Source: Alphaproteobacteria bacterium (GTDB taxonomy: Bacteria > Pseudomonadota > Alphaproteobacteria > UBA828). From it: a stretch of 64,000 nt of DNA. The translations under genes and the position numbers were made by a program. This document shows positions 47,459 through 58,434 of the stretch, piece by piece; position 1 is the stretch's first letter, and every line of letters starts with the position of its first letter. The notes under the pieces were generated by a model. The model did not search any database, was not told the origin of the DNA, and worked only from the letters and a program-made list of their open reading frames with translations. The stretch is from positions 256,001 to 320,000 of the forward strand of contig CBDCCI010000001.1 in assembly GCA_965214705.1 (NCBI GenBank). Reading direction: 5' to 3'.

Positions 47459-48394
47459 ATGAGCACGACATTCAAGGAGACCGAGTGGATCTGGCGCGAC
47501 GGGGAATTCGTCCGTTGGCAGGACGCCACGGTCCATATCCTGGCCACCGCAGTTCAGTTCGGCTCCTCGGTCTTCGAGGGCATCCGCTGCTACGACACCG
47601 CCGGCGGCCCCACCATCTTCCGCTTGGCCGAGCATCTGAAGCGGCTGCGCAATTCCGCGCGCATCTACCGCATGGAAGTCGGCTACAGCGACGAGGAACT
47701 GACCGAGGCCTGCTTCGCCCTGATCCGGCGCAACGACCTCCGCCACTGTTACATCCGGCCGGTAATCATGCGCGGCTATGGCGCGATCGGAATGGACGGC
47801 ATCGGCAGCCCCATCGAGACCTGGATTCCGGCCTGGGAGTGGGGCGCCTATCTCGGTGAAGAGGCCTTGGAGCGGGGCGTCGACGTCTGCGTTTCCTCCT
47901 GGAGCCGCGCCGCACCCAATACCTTCCCCGGCATGGCCAAGGCGACCGGCCATTACAACAACGCGCAGCTCATCAAGTTGGAGGCGATGGCCAACGGCTT
48001 CGTGGAGGCGATCGCGCTCACGCACGACGGGCTGATCAGCGAGGGCAGCGGCCAGAACCTCTTCGCCGTGATGGACGATGCCCTGCTGACGCCGCCGATC
48101 GACGGCAGCAACCTCTCCGGCATCACGCGGAACGCGGTGCTCACGATCGCCGCCGATCTCGACGTGCCGGTGCGCGAATGCCCGATGCCCCGCGAGCTGC
48201 TCTATTGCGCCGACGAGCTGTTCTTCTCCGGCACCGCGGCGGAGGTCACGCCGATTCGCTCCGTCGACCACATCACCATCGGCCCCGGCGGGATCGGCCC
48301 GGTCACGCGGCGCATCCAACGGCGTTTCTCCGACATCGTGAATGGCCGCTCAAACGACGATCACCGCTGGCTCACCCTGGTCCCGCCTGCCTGA
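47459..48394 (+). CDS. ilvE: Branched-chain amino acid aminotransferase (class IV)
   Basis: VFEGIRCY, IFRL.EH..RL, YIRP, AKATGHY, EGSGQNLF, GITR, GTAAEVTPI. Confidence 0.9.
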   Translation: MSTTFKETEWIWRDGEFVRWQDATVHILATAVQFGSSVFEGIRCYDTAGGPTIFRLAEHLKRLRNSARIYRMEVGYSDEELTEACFALIRRNDLRHCYIRPVIMRGYGAIGMDGIGSPIETWIPAWEWGAYLGEEALERGVDVCVSSWSRAAPNTFPGMAKATGHYNNAQLIKLEAMANGFVEAIALTHDGLISEGSGQNLFAVMDDALLTPPIDGSNLSGITRNAVLTIAADLDVPVRECPMPRELLYCADELFFSGTAAEVTPIRSVDHITIGPGGIGPVTRRIQRRFSDIVNGRSNDDHRWLTLVPPA

Positions 48395-48441
48395 GCCGGG
48401 TCACGATCGTGGGTACGCCCCTTGCGTAAAGGAAATTCGGC

Positions 48442-49242
48442 ATGACCGAGAGCCACGATCGTGCAGCCGCGCTTGCGGACCGGCTCTTCGCCGAGAACGT
48501 CGAGGGCCTGCCGTTCCGTCGCTTCCGCGGCGTCGACTGCCCGGCGTCCCTGGATGAGGGCTATCGCGTCCAGGACCTGCTCAACCAGCGCTTCGCAGAG
48601 GCCGGGCGGGGTGCCACCGCCGGCTACAAGGTGGGCCTCACCTCCGAGGCCATCCAGACCATGTACGGAAGCGACCAGCCGATCAGCGGCGTGGTCTTCG
48701 AGACGGGGGTACACCGCTCGCCCGCCCGGATCGCGCTCGCGGGCTATACTCACCTTGGAATCGAGTTCGAGCTTGCGGTTGAGATCGGAAGCGATTTCAG
48801 GCTTGAGGATGCTCCGTTCTCGCTCGACGACGCGATCGCTCGCGTCGCCGCCTGCATGCCGGCCTTCGAGCTGATCGAGGATCGCAACGCCGACCACGAC
48901 GACGTCGACGCGCTCTCCATCCTCGTGGACAACGCCTGGTGCGCCGGTGTGGTACTGGGATCGCCCCGAACCGATTGGCGATCGCTCGATCTCGCCACCA
49001 CGCCGGTCTCACTCAGGGTCAACGATGGATCTCCGATGCGGGCGGTGACGGGCGCCGCCATGGGCAACCCGCTGAACTCGCTGGTCTGGCTCGCCAACCA
49101 GCTGGCTTCCCGAGAGACGACACTGGAGGCCGGCATGATCGTGATGACCGGGAGTACGCTCGCCACACAGTTTCCCGTTGAGGGCGACCGCTTCGTCTAC
49201 GAGATCGAGGGGCTGGGCGCGGTGGAAATGACGATCGTTTGA
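48442..49242 (+). CDS. 2-keto-4-pentenoate hydratase-like FAH family protein
   Basis: GYKVGLTS, IEFELAV, PAFELIEDR, DNA, MGNPL..L.WLAN, MTGS. Confidence 0.88.
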   Translation: MTESHDRAAALADRLFAENVEGLPFRRFRGVDCPASLDEGYRVQDLLNQRFAEAGRGATAGYKVGLTSEAIQTMYGSDQPISGVVFETGVHRSPARIALAGYTHLGIEFELAVEIGSDFRLEDAPFSLDDAIARVAACMPAFELIEDRNADHDDVDALSILVDNAWCAGVVLGSPRTDWRSLDLATTPVSLRVNDGSPMRAVTGAAMGNPLNSLVWLANQLASRETTLEAGMIVMTGSTLATQFPVEGDRFVYEIEGLGAVEMTIV

Positions 49243-49259
49243 GCCTTCGATCCAGTCCC

Positions 49260-50408
49260 TCACCCGGCTGAGCCGGGGCGGCGTGTGATGACGACGTCGC
49301 GGTGAACACCGACGCAAAGCAACAGTCCGAGACCCAGCATCAGGCTCAGCATTGCGCTGCCGCCGTAGGAGATCAGAGGTAGCGGCAGGCCCACGATGGG
49401 GATCAGGCCGATCACCATCGCGACATTGAAGAAGACGTGGAAGAAGAACGTGACCGTGATCCCCATGCCCAGCAGGCGGCCGAAGTGGTTGTTGCTGCGG
49501 GCCGAGATCACCACGCCGTAGGTGGCAATCCCCAGGTACAACAGAAGGACGCCGGCCACGCCGAAGAAGCCCAGCTCCTCCGCCATCATCGTGAAGATAA
49601 AGTCGGTCTGCTTCTCCGGCAGGAAGTTGAGGTGGCTTTGCGTTCCCTGGAGGTACCCCTTGCCGAACAGGCCGCCGGAGCCGAGCGCGATCTTCGACTG
49701 CAGGATGTGGTAGCCGGCGCCGAGCGGATCCGCTTCGGGGTTGAAGAACGTGAGAATGCGCGCCCTCTGATATTCGTGCAGGAGCTGCCAGACAACCGGC
49801 CCGGAGCCGAGCGCGAGCACGACGGCGACGCCGATCTTCCACGCCTTGAGCCCGGCCAGGAACAGCATGATCGCGCCGCCGAGCGCGAGCAGTATCGCTG
49901 TCCCCAGATCGGGCTGGCGCAGGATCAGCGCGGCGGGCGCAAGAATCATGAGCAGCGGCGGGAGATAGGTGCGGATGCGGCCGATCCCCTCGAGCGGGAC
50001 ACCGTGGAAGTAGCGCGCGAGCGCCAGGATCAGCGCGATCTTCATGAGCTCCGAAGGCTGCAGCTGGATCACCCCCAGGTCGATCCAGCGCTGCGCCCCC
50101 TTCCCCGCAGCGCCGAGCAGCTCCACACCCACCAGCAGGGCGAAGGCGAGGACGTAGATCGTGTACGCGGCGCGCAGCCAGAAGCCGATATCGATGAGCG
50201 ACACGCCGAGCATCAGCAGGAGACCCGCGCCGAACCAGACCATCTGGCGAGACGCCCAAGGCTCGGTGGCGCCGCCGGAGGCGGAAATCAGCATTCCGAT
50301 GCCGACCGCGCCAACGGTGCAGACGAGAACGACCAGGAACCAGTCGAGCCGAAGCAGCCGTTCGGCGACCCCGAAGCCCTGACGGCTGCTGACTTCGAAC
50401 TGCGCCAT
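49260..50408 (-). CDS. rodA: Rod shape-determining protein RodA
   Basis: GAQRWI, QPSELMK, QPDLGT, FLPEKQTDFIF, PLISYGGS. Confidence 0.95.
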   Translation of the reverse strand: MAQFEVSSRQGFGVAERLLRLDWFLVVLVCTVGAVGIGMLISASGGATEPWASRQMVWFGAGLLLMLGVSLIDIGFWLRAAYTIYVLAFALLVGVELLGAAGKGAQRWIDLGVIQLQPSELMKIALILALARYFHGVPLEGIGRIRTYLPPLLMILAPAALILRQPDLGTAILLALGGAIMLFLAGLKAWKIGVAVVLALGSGPVVWQLLHEYQRARILTFFNPEADPLGAGYHILQSKIALGSGGLFGKGYLQGTQSHLNFLPEKQTDFIFTMMAEELGFFGVAGVLLLYLGIATYGVVISARSNNHFGRLLGMGITVTFFFHVFFNVAMVIGLIPIVGLPLPLISYGGSAMLSLMLGLGLLLCVGVHRDVVITRRPGSAG

Positions 50409-52291
50409 CAGGCGGTCTCGTGCGGGCGGATCAGCGCCTCGAGGTTGCGGGCGCGGCCCGAGGGGTCGCGGCGCTGAACCTCACGCAGAATGTCGCGGGC
50501 GATGGGCGCCGCCACGGTGCCGCCGCTGCCGCCATGCTCGACCACGACCGCAACGCAGTAGCGCGGCCGCTCCAACGGCGCGTAGGCAACGAAGAGCGCG
50601 TGGTCGCGCTCCTTCCACGGGCGGTCTTCGTTCTTTATCACCCCAGCGCGGTGCTCGCGTTCGGAGATCCGCCGCACCTGCACGCTCCCGGTCTTGCCGG
50701 CCATGGCCAACGCGGGCTCTTCGATGCGCGCGCGATAGGCAGTGCCCTTGGGCTCGTTCACGACAAAATTCATGCCCTTGCGGACGATGTCCAAATGGGC
50801 GGGCGAAAGCCCCATTGGGTCGAACGTCTCGCTCTCCCGCGGCACCGGCTGTCCGTCTCGGATGACCTCCGCCAGGAGCCGAGGCTCCACCGCGATGCCG
50901 CCGTTGGCGATACGCGCGACCATCACCGCGAGCTGAAGCGGCGTCGTGAGGAGATAGCCCTGGCCGATACCAACGACCAGCGTCTCGCCGCCCTGCCAAG
51001 GCTCGCCAATCATGGCAAGCTTCCACTCGCGCGTCGGCACCAGGCCTGGCTTCTCCCCCGGCAGTTCGATGTCGAGCTTCCTGCCGAAGCCGAAGCGCTC
51101 CGACATCGCCGCGATCCGGTCTATGCCGACGCGCTTTGCCACCTCGTAGAAGTAGACATCGCAGGATTCCATGAGGCCCTGCACCATGGCGACGTGCCCG
51201 TGGCCATAGCGCCGCCAGCAGCGGAACCGGCGTTTTCCGAGTTTTATGGAACCGTCGCAATAGAAACGCTGGTAAGGGCTCACTTCGCCGCTTTCGAGCG
51301 CAGCCAGCGCCACGATCATCTTGAATGTGGAGCCCGGCGAATACTGGCCGGCGATCGACTTGTTGCTGAGCGGGAAGCGCGGATGGCCGATCAGCTCCCG
51401 CCATTGCCGTTGGCTGATGCCGGAAGTGAAGAGGTTGGGGTCGTAGTTCGGCATCGACGCCAGCGCCAGGATCTCGCCCGAATGGACGTCGAGGACCACG
51501 GCCGATCCGCTCTCCTCGCCGAAGCGGGCCGCGACGTACTGCTGAAGCCCGAGGTCGATGGTCAGCATGTGGTCGTCGCCCGGCCGGCCGGTCCTGCGGC
51601 TGAGCTCGCGGATGACCCGGCCGTATGCGTTCACCTCGACTTGCCGGGAGCCGGCCTCGCCTCGCAGTGAGCTCTCCAGCACCTTCTCGGCGCCGTTCTT
51701 GCCGATGCGGAAGTCGGGCAGCGTGAGCAGCGGATCGTCCGTCAGCTCCAAATCGGATTCGTTGACGGCGCCGACGTAGCCCACGATGTGGACCGTATCG
51801 CGGCCGAAGGCGTAGAGGCGGCGGCTGCCTACGTCAATCATCACGCCGGGCAAGTCTGGCGCGTTGACCTCGATTTGCGAGACCTCATCCCACGTCAGAT
51901 TCTCGCGGACCGTGATGGGGACGAATCTCTGCTTGCGCCTGGCTTCGCGCAGGACCCGCTCGCGGTCGTGGTCCTCGATCGGCACCAGCGCTGCGATTTC
52001 GTCCAGCGCCTTGTCGAGATTAAGCGCCGCCTCGGGGACAACGACCAGCCGATAATTCAGCCGGTTCTCCGCAAGCACCTGGCCGAAGCGGTCGAAGATG
52101 CGGCCCCGCGCCGGCGGCAGCAGCTGCATGTTGATGCGGTTCTCGTCGGCGAGCACCTGATAGCGCTCGGAATCCACGACCTGAAGCTGATAGAGGCGCC
52201 CGGCGAGGCCGGCCGTCAGCAGCGCCTGCGCGCCGCCCACGATGATCGCGCGGCGCGTGAAAATGTTGGCGCGTCCCGTTTCGCCCCGCAT
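50408..52291 (-). CDS. mrdA: Penicillin-binding protein 2
   Basis: PGSTFK (SxxK), SCDVYFY, KTG. Confidence 0.95.
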   Translation of the reverse strand: MRGETGRANIFTRRAIIVGGAQALLTAGLAGRLYQLQVVDSERYQVLADENRINMQLLPPARGRIFDRFGQVLAENRLNYRLVVVPEAALNLDKALDEIAALVPIEDHDRERVLREARRKQRFVPITVRENLTWDEVSQIEVNAPDLPGVMIDVGSRRLYAFGRDTVHIVGYVGAVNESDLELTDDPLLTLPDFRIGKNGAEKVLESSLRGEAGSRQVEVNAYGRVIRELSRRTGRPGDDHMLTIDLGLQQYVAARFGEESGSAVVLDVHSGEILALASMPNYDPNLFTSGISQRQWRELIGHPRFPLSNKSIAGQYSPGSTFKMIVALAALESGEVSPYQRFYCDGSIKLGKRRFRCWRRYGHGHVAMVQGLMESCDVYFYEVAKRVGIDRIAAMSERFGFGRKLDIELPGEKPGLVPTREWKLAMIGEPWQGGETLVVGIGQGYLLTTPLQLAVMVARIANGGIAVEPRLLAEVIRDGQPVPRESETFDPMGLSPAHLDIVRKGMNFVVNEPKGTAYRARIEEPALAMAGKTGSVQVRRISEREHRAGVIKNEDRPWKERDHALFVAYAPLERPRYCVAVVVEHGGSGGTVAAPIARDILREVQRRDPSGRARNLEALIRPHETA

Positions 52292-52292
52292 C

Positions 52293-52808
52293 TCACTCAG
52301 GCCGCGCGGCGGCAAGCACGCCAAGGGGACGGAACAACAGCACGAATATCGGGAAGAGCAGCAACGTCAGCACGACCTGCACGACGATGGGCAGCGGCGG
52401 GACAAGCGCGCCGAAGCAGGCGGAACTGATGATCCAGCTGAGCAGCCCGACCGCCGGCATGACCAGGGAGAAGCCCCACCAAACGACGAGAAACGGCTTG
52501 CCGCGGAAGAACGTGCGTTGCGACGCAACGACTCCCTGAACGATGAGCAGCACCAGCGCCGTCATGCCGAGCGGCGTTGCGGCGAGGAGATCTTGAAGCA
52601 CGCCGATGCCGAAGGTCGCCACGTAGGGGAAACGCTCGGGCCGGTAGATGGTCCAGTAGAAGATCGCCATCACGGCGAAAGCCGGCGTGACCTCGACGAA
52701 CGCCGGCAGCCGCCAGGGGAGCGACGCCGCGAAGACGAGCATCACCGTGACGGTCACCGGGATCGCGCCGCGCACAGAGCGGTCGGCCCATTGCAGCCAG
52801 TCGCCCAT
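52293..52808 (-). CDS. mreD: Rod shape-determining protein MreD
   Basis: Hydrophobic; FYWTIYRP, G.LQDLL...PLG; operon position. Confidence 0.88.
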   Translation of the reverse strand: MGDWLQWADRSVRGAIPVTVTVMLVFAASLPWRLPAFVEVTPAFAVMAIFYWTIYRPERFPYVATFGIGVLQDLLAATPLGMTALVLLIVQGVVASQRTFFRGKPFLVVWWGFSLVMPAVGLLSWIISSACFGALVPPLPIVVQVVLTLLLFPIFVLLFRPLGVLAAARPE

Positions 52809-53689
52809 TACCGCAGGCTCCCGGCGCGTTCGGCGCGGCGCGTTTCGGGCAAGACCCCCGGCACCACGTAGTCGAGGACGGTAACGTAATCGAGCCGCTC
52901 CCAGACCACGAAGGGCTGCACCGTCGCGCGGTCCTTGTCGACCGCAGACACGATCCCGACATCGAGCGCCGGCGGGAACATTCCGCCCTCTCCCGACGTC
53001 ACGACGCGATCGCCGGGCTTTGCCCTGGCATCGGTCGCGAGGAAGGCGAGGTAGGGATGCGGGCTGTTGTCGCCGCGCAGGATCGTCCGGTCACGGCTCT
53101 CCTCCAAGACGACGGGAATGCGGGAGTTGAGGTCGGTCAGCAGGAGAATTCGCGCCGTGTGATCGCCGGCCTCCAACACGCGGCCCACCAGTCCGTCGTG
53201 GTTGACCACCGCCTGGCCCTTGCGCACCCCGTGGGATTGGCCCGCGTTGACCAGGACCATGTGGATGAACGGCCCGCCGGAATCCGCGATGACGCGGGCC
53301 GTGACGAAACGCGCCCGCTGGTCCGGCACGACCTTGAGCATTCGCCGGAACATCTCGTTTTCGTAACCGAGCTGCTCGGCCACCGCCTGCCACTTGCGGA
53401 GCTCGGCGTTGTCGTGCGCCAGCTGCTCGTTGCGCTCGTGAACGCTCATGATGCCGTCCAGCTCGTCGAACCCACTGGCGATCGTTGCCGCAGGTTGCGA
53501 GAAGAAGGCGAAAATTGGGGCGACGGTGTCGACAACGCCGACGCGTATCGTCTCCACGACGCGTGGCTCCGCCTGGCTCAGGATCATTAGGGTGATCGCC
53601 GCGCAGGCCAGCATTGCGTAGCCAAAGCGCTGGGCGAAGACCCTGCCCGGCACGGCCAGGACGAGATTGCGCCCTCGGCCTACCCTCAC
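52808..53689 (-). CDS. mreC: Rod shape-determining protein MreC
   Basis: ARVIADSGGPF, LLTDLNSRIPV, VTSG.GG.FP. Confidence 0.92.
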   Translation of the reverse strand: MRVGRGRNLVLAVPGRVFAQRFGYAMLACAAITLMILSQAEPRVVETIRVGVVDTVAPIFAFFSQPAATIASGFDELDGIMSVHERNEQLAHDNAELRKWQAVAEQLGYENEMFRRMLKVVPDQRARFVTARVIADSGGPFIHMVLVNAGQSHGVRKGQAVVNHDGLVGRVLEAGDHTARILLLTDLNSRIPVVLEESRDRTILRGDNSPHPYLAFLATDARAKPGDRVVTSGEGGMFPPALDVGIVSAVDKDRATVQPFVVWERLDYVTVLDYVVPGVLPETRRAERAGSLR

Positions 53690-53745
53690 TCAGACCTCCA
53701 AACGTTACGCGGCGAATTCCGAATCGGGCCCGCGTAGCGGGAAAC

Positions 53746-54801
<1,056 letters not shown>

Positions 54802-54850
54802 CTAAACGGCAGCAGGGCAGGCAGGCTGCAGCCGGGGCCCACCCCGTCGT

Positions 54851-56401
54851 TCAAGCTGACAACGCCTCCGGAGCCGTCTTCTGCCGCTTGACCAGAAGCT
54901 TGTTGAGCGCGTGCACATAGGCCAGTACCGAGGCCACGATGGTATCGATATGCGCACTGTGCCCGTTCACTGTTCTCCCGTTTTCCTCCAGCCGCACGCT
55001 CACTTCGGCCTGGGCATCGGTGCCTTCCGTCACCGCATGAACCTGATAAAGCTGTAGCTTGGCCTCGTGCGGGTAAATCGCCTTGATGGCGTTGAAAGCC
55101 GCATCCACGGGGCCGTTCCCGGTGGCTTGCGCCTCCGCCTGCTCGCCGTCGACGGCGAGCGTGAGAGACGCCTCCTGCGGTCCTGACGAGCCGCAGGACA
55201 CCGAGAGGGACCCGAACTTGATGCGATCGTTTGCGCCGGCGACTTCCGTGTCCACCAGCGCGATGATGTCCTCGTCGAAGAGTTCTTTCTTCTTGTCGGC
55301 GAGGTCCTTGAATCTGACGAACGCCTCTTGGAGCGCGTTGTCGCCGAGCTCAGTGTAGCCGAGGCTCCGCAGCTTCTCGCGGAAGGCGTGGCGGCCCGAA
55401 TGCTTGCCCATGACGAGCGTCGACTGCACGAGGCCGACCGATTCGGGCGTCATGATCTCGTAGGTCTGCGCGTCCTTGAGGACGCCGTCCTGATGAATTC
55501 CCGCTTCGTGGGCGAAGGCGTTGGCACCCACGATCGCCTTGTTCGGCTGCACGACGAAGCCGGTCACCGCCGAGACCAGGCGCGAGGCGCGCATGATGTT
55601 CTCGGTCTTCACGCCGGTCTCGAAGCTCATCAAGTCGTTGCGCGTGCGCAGCGCCATGACGATCTCTTCCATCGCGGCGTTGCCGGCGCGCTCGCCGAGC
55701 CCGTTGATGGTGCACTCCACCTGCCGGGCGCCCGCCTGCACGGCGCTCAGCGAGTTGGCGACGGCGAGACCTAAGTCGTTGTGGCAATGGACCGAGAGCA
55801 CGGCCTTGTCGATGTTAGGCACCCGGTCGAAGAGCATGGCGATCAGCGACGCGAACTCCTCCGGCACGGCGTAGCCCACGGTGTCGGGGATGTTGATGGT
55901 GCCGGCGCCGGCCTTGATTGCCGATTCGACGCAACGGCAGAGGAAGTCGTGCTCGGTGCGCGAGCCGTCCTCGCAGGACCACTCGACGTCGTCGGTGAAC
56001 TTGCGGGCGTAGCTCACGCTGTCGATCACGGCCGCATGCACATCCTCGGGCTCCATCTGCAGCTTGACGCGCATGTGGAGCGGACTGGTCGAGATGAAGG
56101 TGTGAATCCGGCCGGACTTGGCTGGCGCGAGTGCTTCGGCTGCGCGGTCGATGTCCCGCCGCCCGGCGCGGGCCAGGCCGCAAACGGTGCTCTCGGTCAC
56201 CACCTTGGCGACCTCGCGGACCGCTTCGAAATCGCCGTTCGACGCGATGGGGAAGCCGGCCTCGATCACGTCGACCCTCATCTCCTCAAGGATCTCGGCG
56301 ATCCGGAGTTTCTCTTCCAGATTCATCGATGCGCCCGGCGACTGCTCGCCGTCGCGCATCGTCGTATCGAATATTCGGACTCGGTTCCCTGTCTCGGTCA
56401 T
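54851..56401 (-). CDS. leuA: 2-isopropylmalate synthase
   Basis: FDTTMRDGEQSPG, HCHNDLG, GERAGNA, C-terminal regulatory domain (GNGPVDA); alternative start 56410. Confidence 0.96.
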   Translation of the reverse strand: MTETGNRVRIFDTTMRDGEQSPGASMNLEEKLRIAEILEEMRVDVIEAGFPIASNGDFEAVREVAKVVTESTVCGLARAGRRDIDRAAEALAPAKSGRIHTFISTSPLHMRVKLQMEPEDVHAAVIDSVSYARKFTDDVEWSCEDGSRTEHDFLCRCVESAIKAGAGTINIPDTVGYAVPEEFASLIAMLFDRVPNIDKAVLSVHCHNDLGLAVANSLSAVQAGARQVECTINGLGERAGNAAMEEIVMALRTRNDLMSFETGVKTENIMRASRLVSAVTGFVVQPNKAIVGANAFAHEAGIHQDGVLKDAQTYEIMTPESVGLVQSTLVMGKHSGRHAFREKLRSLGYTELGDNALQEAFVRFKDLADKKKELFDEDIIALVDTEVAGANDRIKFGSLSVSCGSSGPQEASLTLAVDGEQAEAQATGNGPVDAAFNAIKAIYPHEAKLQLYQVHAVTEGTDAQAEVSVRLEENGRTVNGHSAHIDTIVASVLAYVHALNKLLVKRQKTAPEALSA

Positions 56402-56482
56402 AACGGGCATCCTTTCACCCTGGCGGCTACGACAGTCATCGCGCTCCCCTGGTCGGTCGGCCGATTGCGCACGGCAAACCGC

Positions 56483-56587
56483 TCAGGGGCAGCTAAGTCG
56501 CAGCCCGCGTAGGGTGGAATGTGCCGTGGCCGCAGCGTCGCGCAAGTGGTGCGTGCCTGCCGGCTCAGTCTCCGTCGGCACCGTCAT
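56483..56587 (-). CDS. Putative leuA leader peptide (34 aa, ends TLRGLRLSCP)
   Basis: Leu codons TTG, CTA, CTG, CTT near the stop; stop lies in CCCCTGAG, which can pair with CAGGGG (56446-56451). Confidence 0.65.
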   Translation of the reverse strand: MTVPTETEPAGTHHLRDAAATAHSTLRGLRLSCP

Positions 56588-56749
56588 CGGACCATGGCCC
56601 TCGACCCCATTCGCACGACACAAGCAGCCATCCGGTGCGGCACAAGATCGGTCCGCCGCCCGGGTTCTGGGAACTTGTACGCCCAACTCCTTGGGCGAAG
56701 CAACGAATTTGTCGCCTTGCGGTGGTGCCCCTGCTTGTGCCGAGAGTCG

Positions 56750-57769
56750 TCAATTCTTGCTGCGATCGACCAGCCGGGCCTCGGCGATCCACGGCATCAT
56801 CGCACGGAGCCGCTCGCCCACCTCCTCCAGCGGATGCTCGGCGGCACGCGCGCGCATCGCCTTGAAGGAGGACTGGCCCGCGGCGTTCTCGGTCATCCAT
56901 TCGGTGGTGAACCGGCCGTTCTGAATGTCCGCGAGGATCGTCTTCATGCGCTCCCGCGTCGCGTCGTCGATGACCCGCGGCCCGCGCGTGTAATCGCCGT
57001 ACTCGGCGGTGTTCGAGATCGAGTAGCGCATGTTGGCGATGCCGCCCTCGTACATCAGGTCGACAATCAGCTTGACCTCGTGAAGGCACTCGAAATAGGC
57101 CATCTCGGGCGCGTAGCCGGCGTCCACCAAGGTCTCCCAGGCGGCGGTGATCAGGGAGGTCAGGCCGCCGCAGAGCACCACCTGCTCGCCGAAGAGATCG
57201 GTCTCGACCTCCTCGCGGAAGCTGGTCTCGATAATGCCGGCGCGGCCGCCACCAATGCCAGACGCATACGAAAGGCCGATCTCCTTGGCATTGCCCGAGG
57301 GATCGCGCGCCAGCGCGAGCAGGCAGGGCACGCCGCCGCCCCGCTGATATTCCGAGCGCACCGTATGACCTGGACCCTTGGGCGCCACCATGAAGACGTC
57401 GAGATCGGGCCGGGGCTCGATCAGGCGGAAGTGGATGTTGAGCCCGTGGGCGAAGGCCAGCGCCGCGCCTTCCTTCATGGAGCCGTGCAGCACGTCGGCA
57501 TAGAGCTGGCGCTGAAGCTCGTCCGGGGTGAGCAGCATCACGACGTCGCCGAAGCGCGCGGCCTCCTCGATATCCATGACCGTGAGCCCGGCGGCTTCCA
57601 CCTTCGCCGCGCTCGCCGAGCCCGGCCTGAGCCCCACGGCAACGTCCTCGACGCCGCTTTCCTTCAAGTTGTTCGCGTGCGCGAAGCCCTGGCTGCCGTA
57701 GCCGATGATCGAGACCTTCTTCGACTTGATCAGGTTCAGATCGGCATCGCGATCGTAATAGACCCGCAT
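56750..57769 (-). CDS. ilvC: Ketol-acid reductoisomerase
   Basis: [34 protein letters not shown]. Confidence 0.97.
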   Translation of the reverse strand: MRVYYDRDADLNLIKSKKVSIIGYGSQGFAHANNLKESGVEDVAVGLRPGSASAAKVEAAGLTVMDIEEAARFGDVVMLLTPDELQRQLYADVLHGSMKEGAALAFAHGLNIHFRLIEPRPDLDVFMVAPKGPGHTVRSEYQRGGGVPCLLALARDPSGNAKEIGLSYASGIGGGRAGIIETSFREEVETDLFGEQVVLCGGLTSLITAAWETLVDAGYAPEMAYFECLHEVKLIVDLMYEGGIANMRYSISNTAEYGDYTRGPRVIDDATRERMKTILADIQNGRFTTEWMTENAAGQSSFKAMRARAAEHPLEEVGERLRAMMPWIAEARLVDRSKN

Positions 57770-57811
57770 CGTGCTCTCCCAAGTTGGCGTTGCGTGCGGC
57801 CCGCGGCCGCG

Positions 57812-58318
57812 TCAGATCGATTCCTTGCCGCGCGTGATCGCGACCACGCCCGTGCGCGATATCTCTGTCAGCCCGAGCGGCGTCATCAGCCGGATGAAGG
57901 CATCGATCTTGGTGCCCTTCCCGGTCATCTCGAACACGAACGAGTCGATTTCGCTGTCGACCACGTGGGCGCGGAAGATATCCGCGATCCGAAGCGATTC
58001 GACCCGCTTCTCGCCAGTGGCGACGACCTTGATCAGCGCGAGCTCGCGCTCGATGTAGGGGCCCTCGCTGCCGAGATCGGAGACCTTGTGGATCGGTACC
58101 AGTCGGTCGAGCTGCGCCTTGATCTGCTCGATGACCATGGCCGAGCCGGAGGTCACCAGATTGATGCGCGAGAGGCGCTTGTCGTGCTCGACCTCGGCGA
58201 CGGTCAGGCTCTCAATATTGTAGCCGCGGCCCGAGAACAGCCCGATGACCCGCGCCAGCACGCCGGGCTCGTTCTCCACGAGCACGGAAAGCGTGCGGCG
58301 CTCGGCGTCGTCGGTCAC
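57812..58318 (-). CDS. ilvN: Acetolactate synthase small subunit
   Basis: VENEPGVLARV.GLFSGRGYNIESL, RELALIKV; GTG start with GGAGAG RBS. Confidence 0.94.
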   Translation of the reverse strand: MTDDAERRTLSVLVENEPGVLARVIGLFSGRGYNIESLTVAEVEHDKRLSRINLVTSGSAMVIEQIKAQLDRLVPIHKVSDLGSEGPYIERELALIKVVATGEKRVESLRIADIFRAHVVDSEIDSFVFEMTGKGTKIDAFIRLMTPLGLTEISRTGVVAITRGKESI

Positions 58319-58434
58319 GGCCGTTCTCTCCGGGCCGCCTGCGGGCGGGCGTCCCGCCGGTGCCGGCACTCAGGCAGGCCGGACGGCGGCTTGGCGTTTC
58401 GCGTCATGGATCGGCTCGGTCGGCGCCCTGGGTC

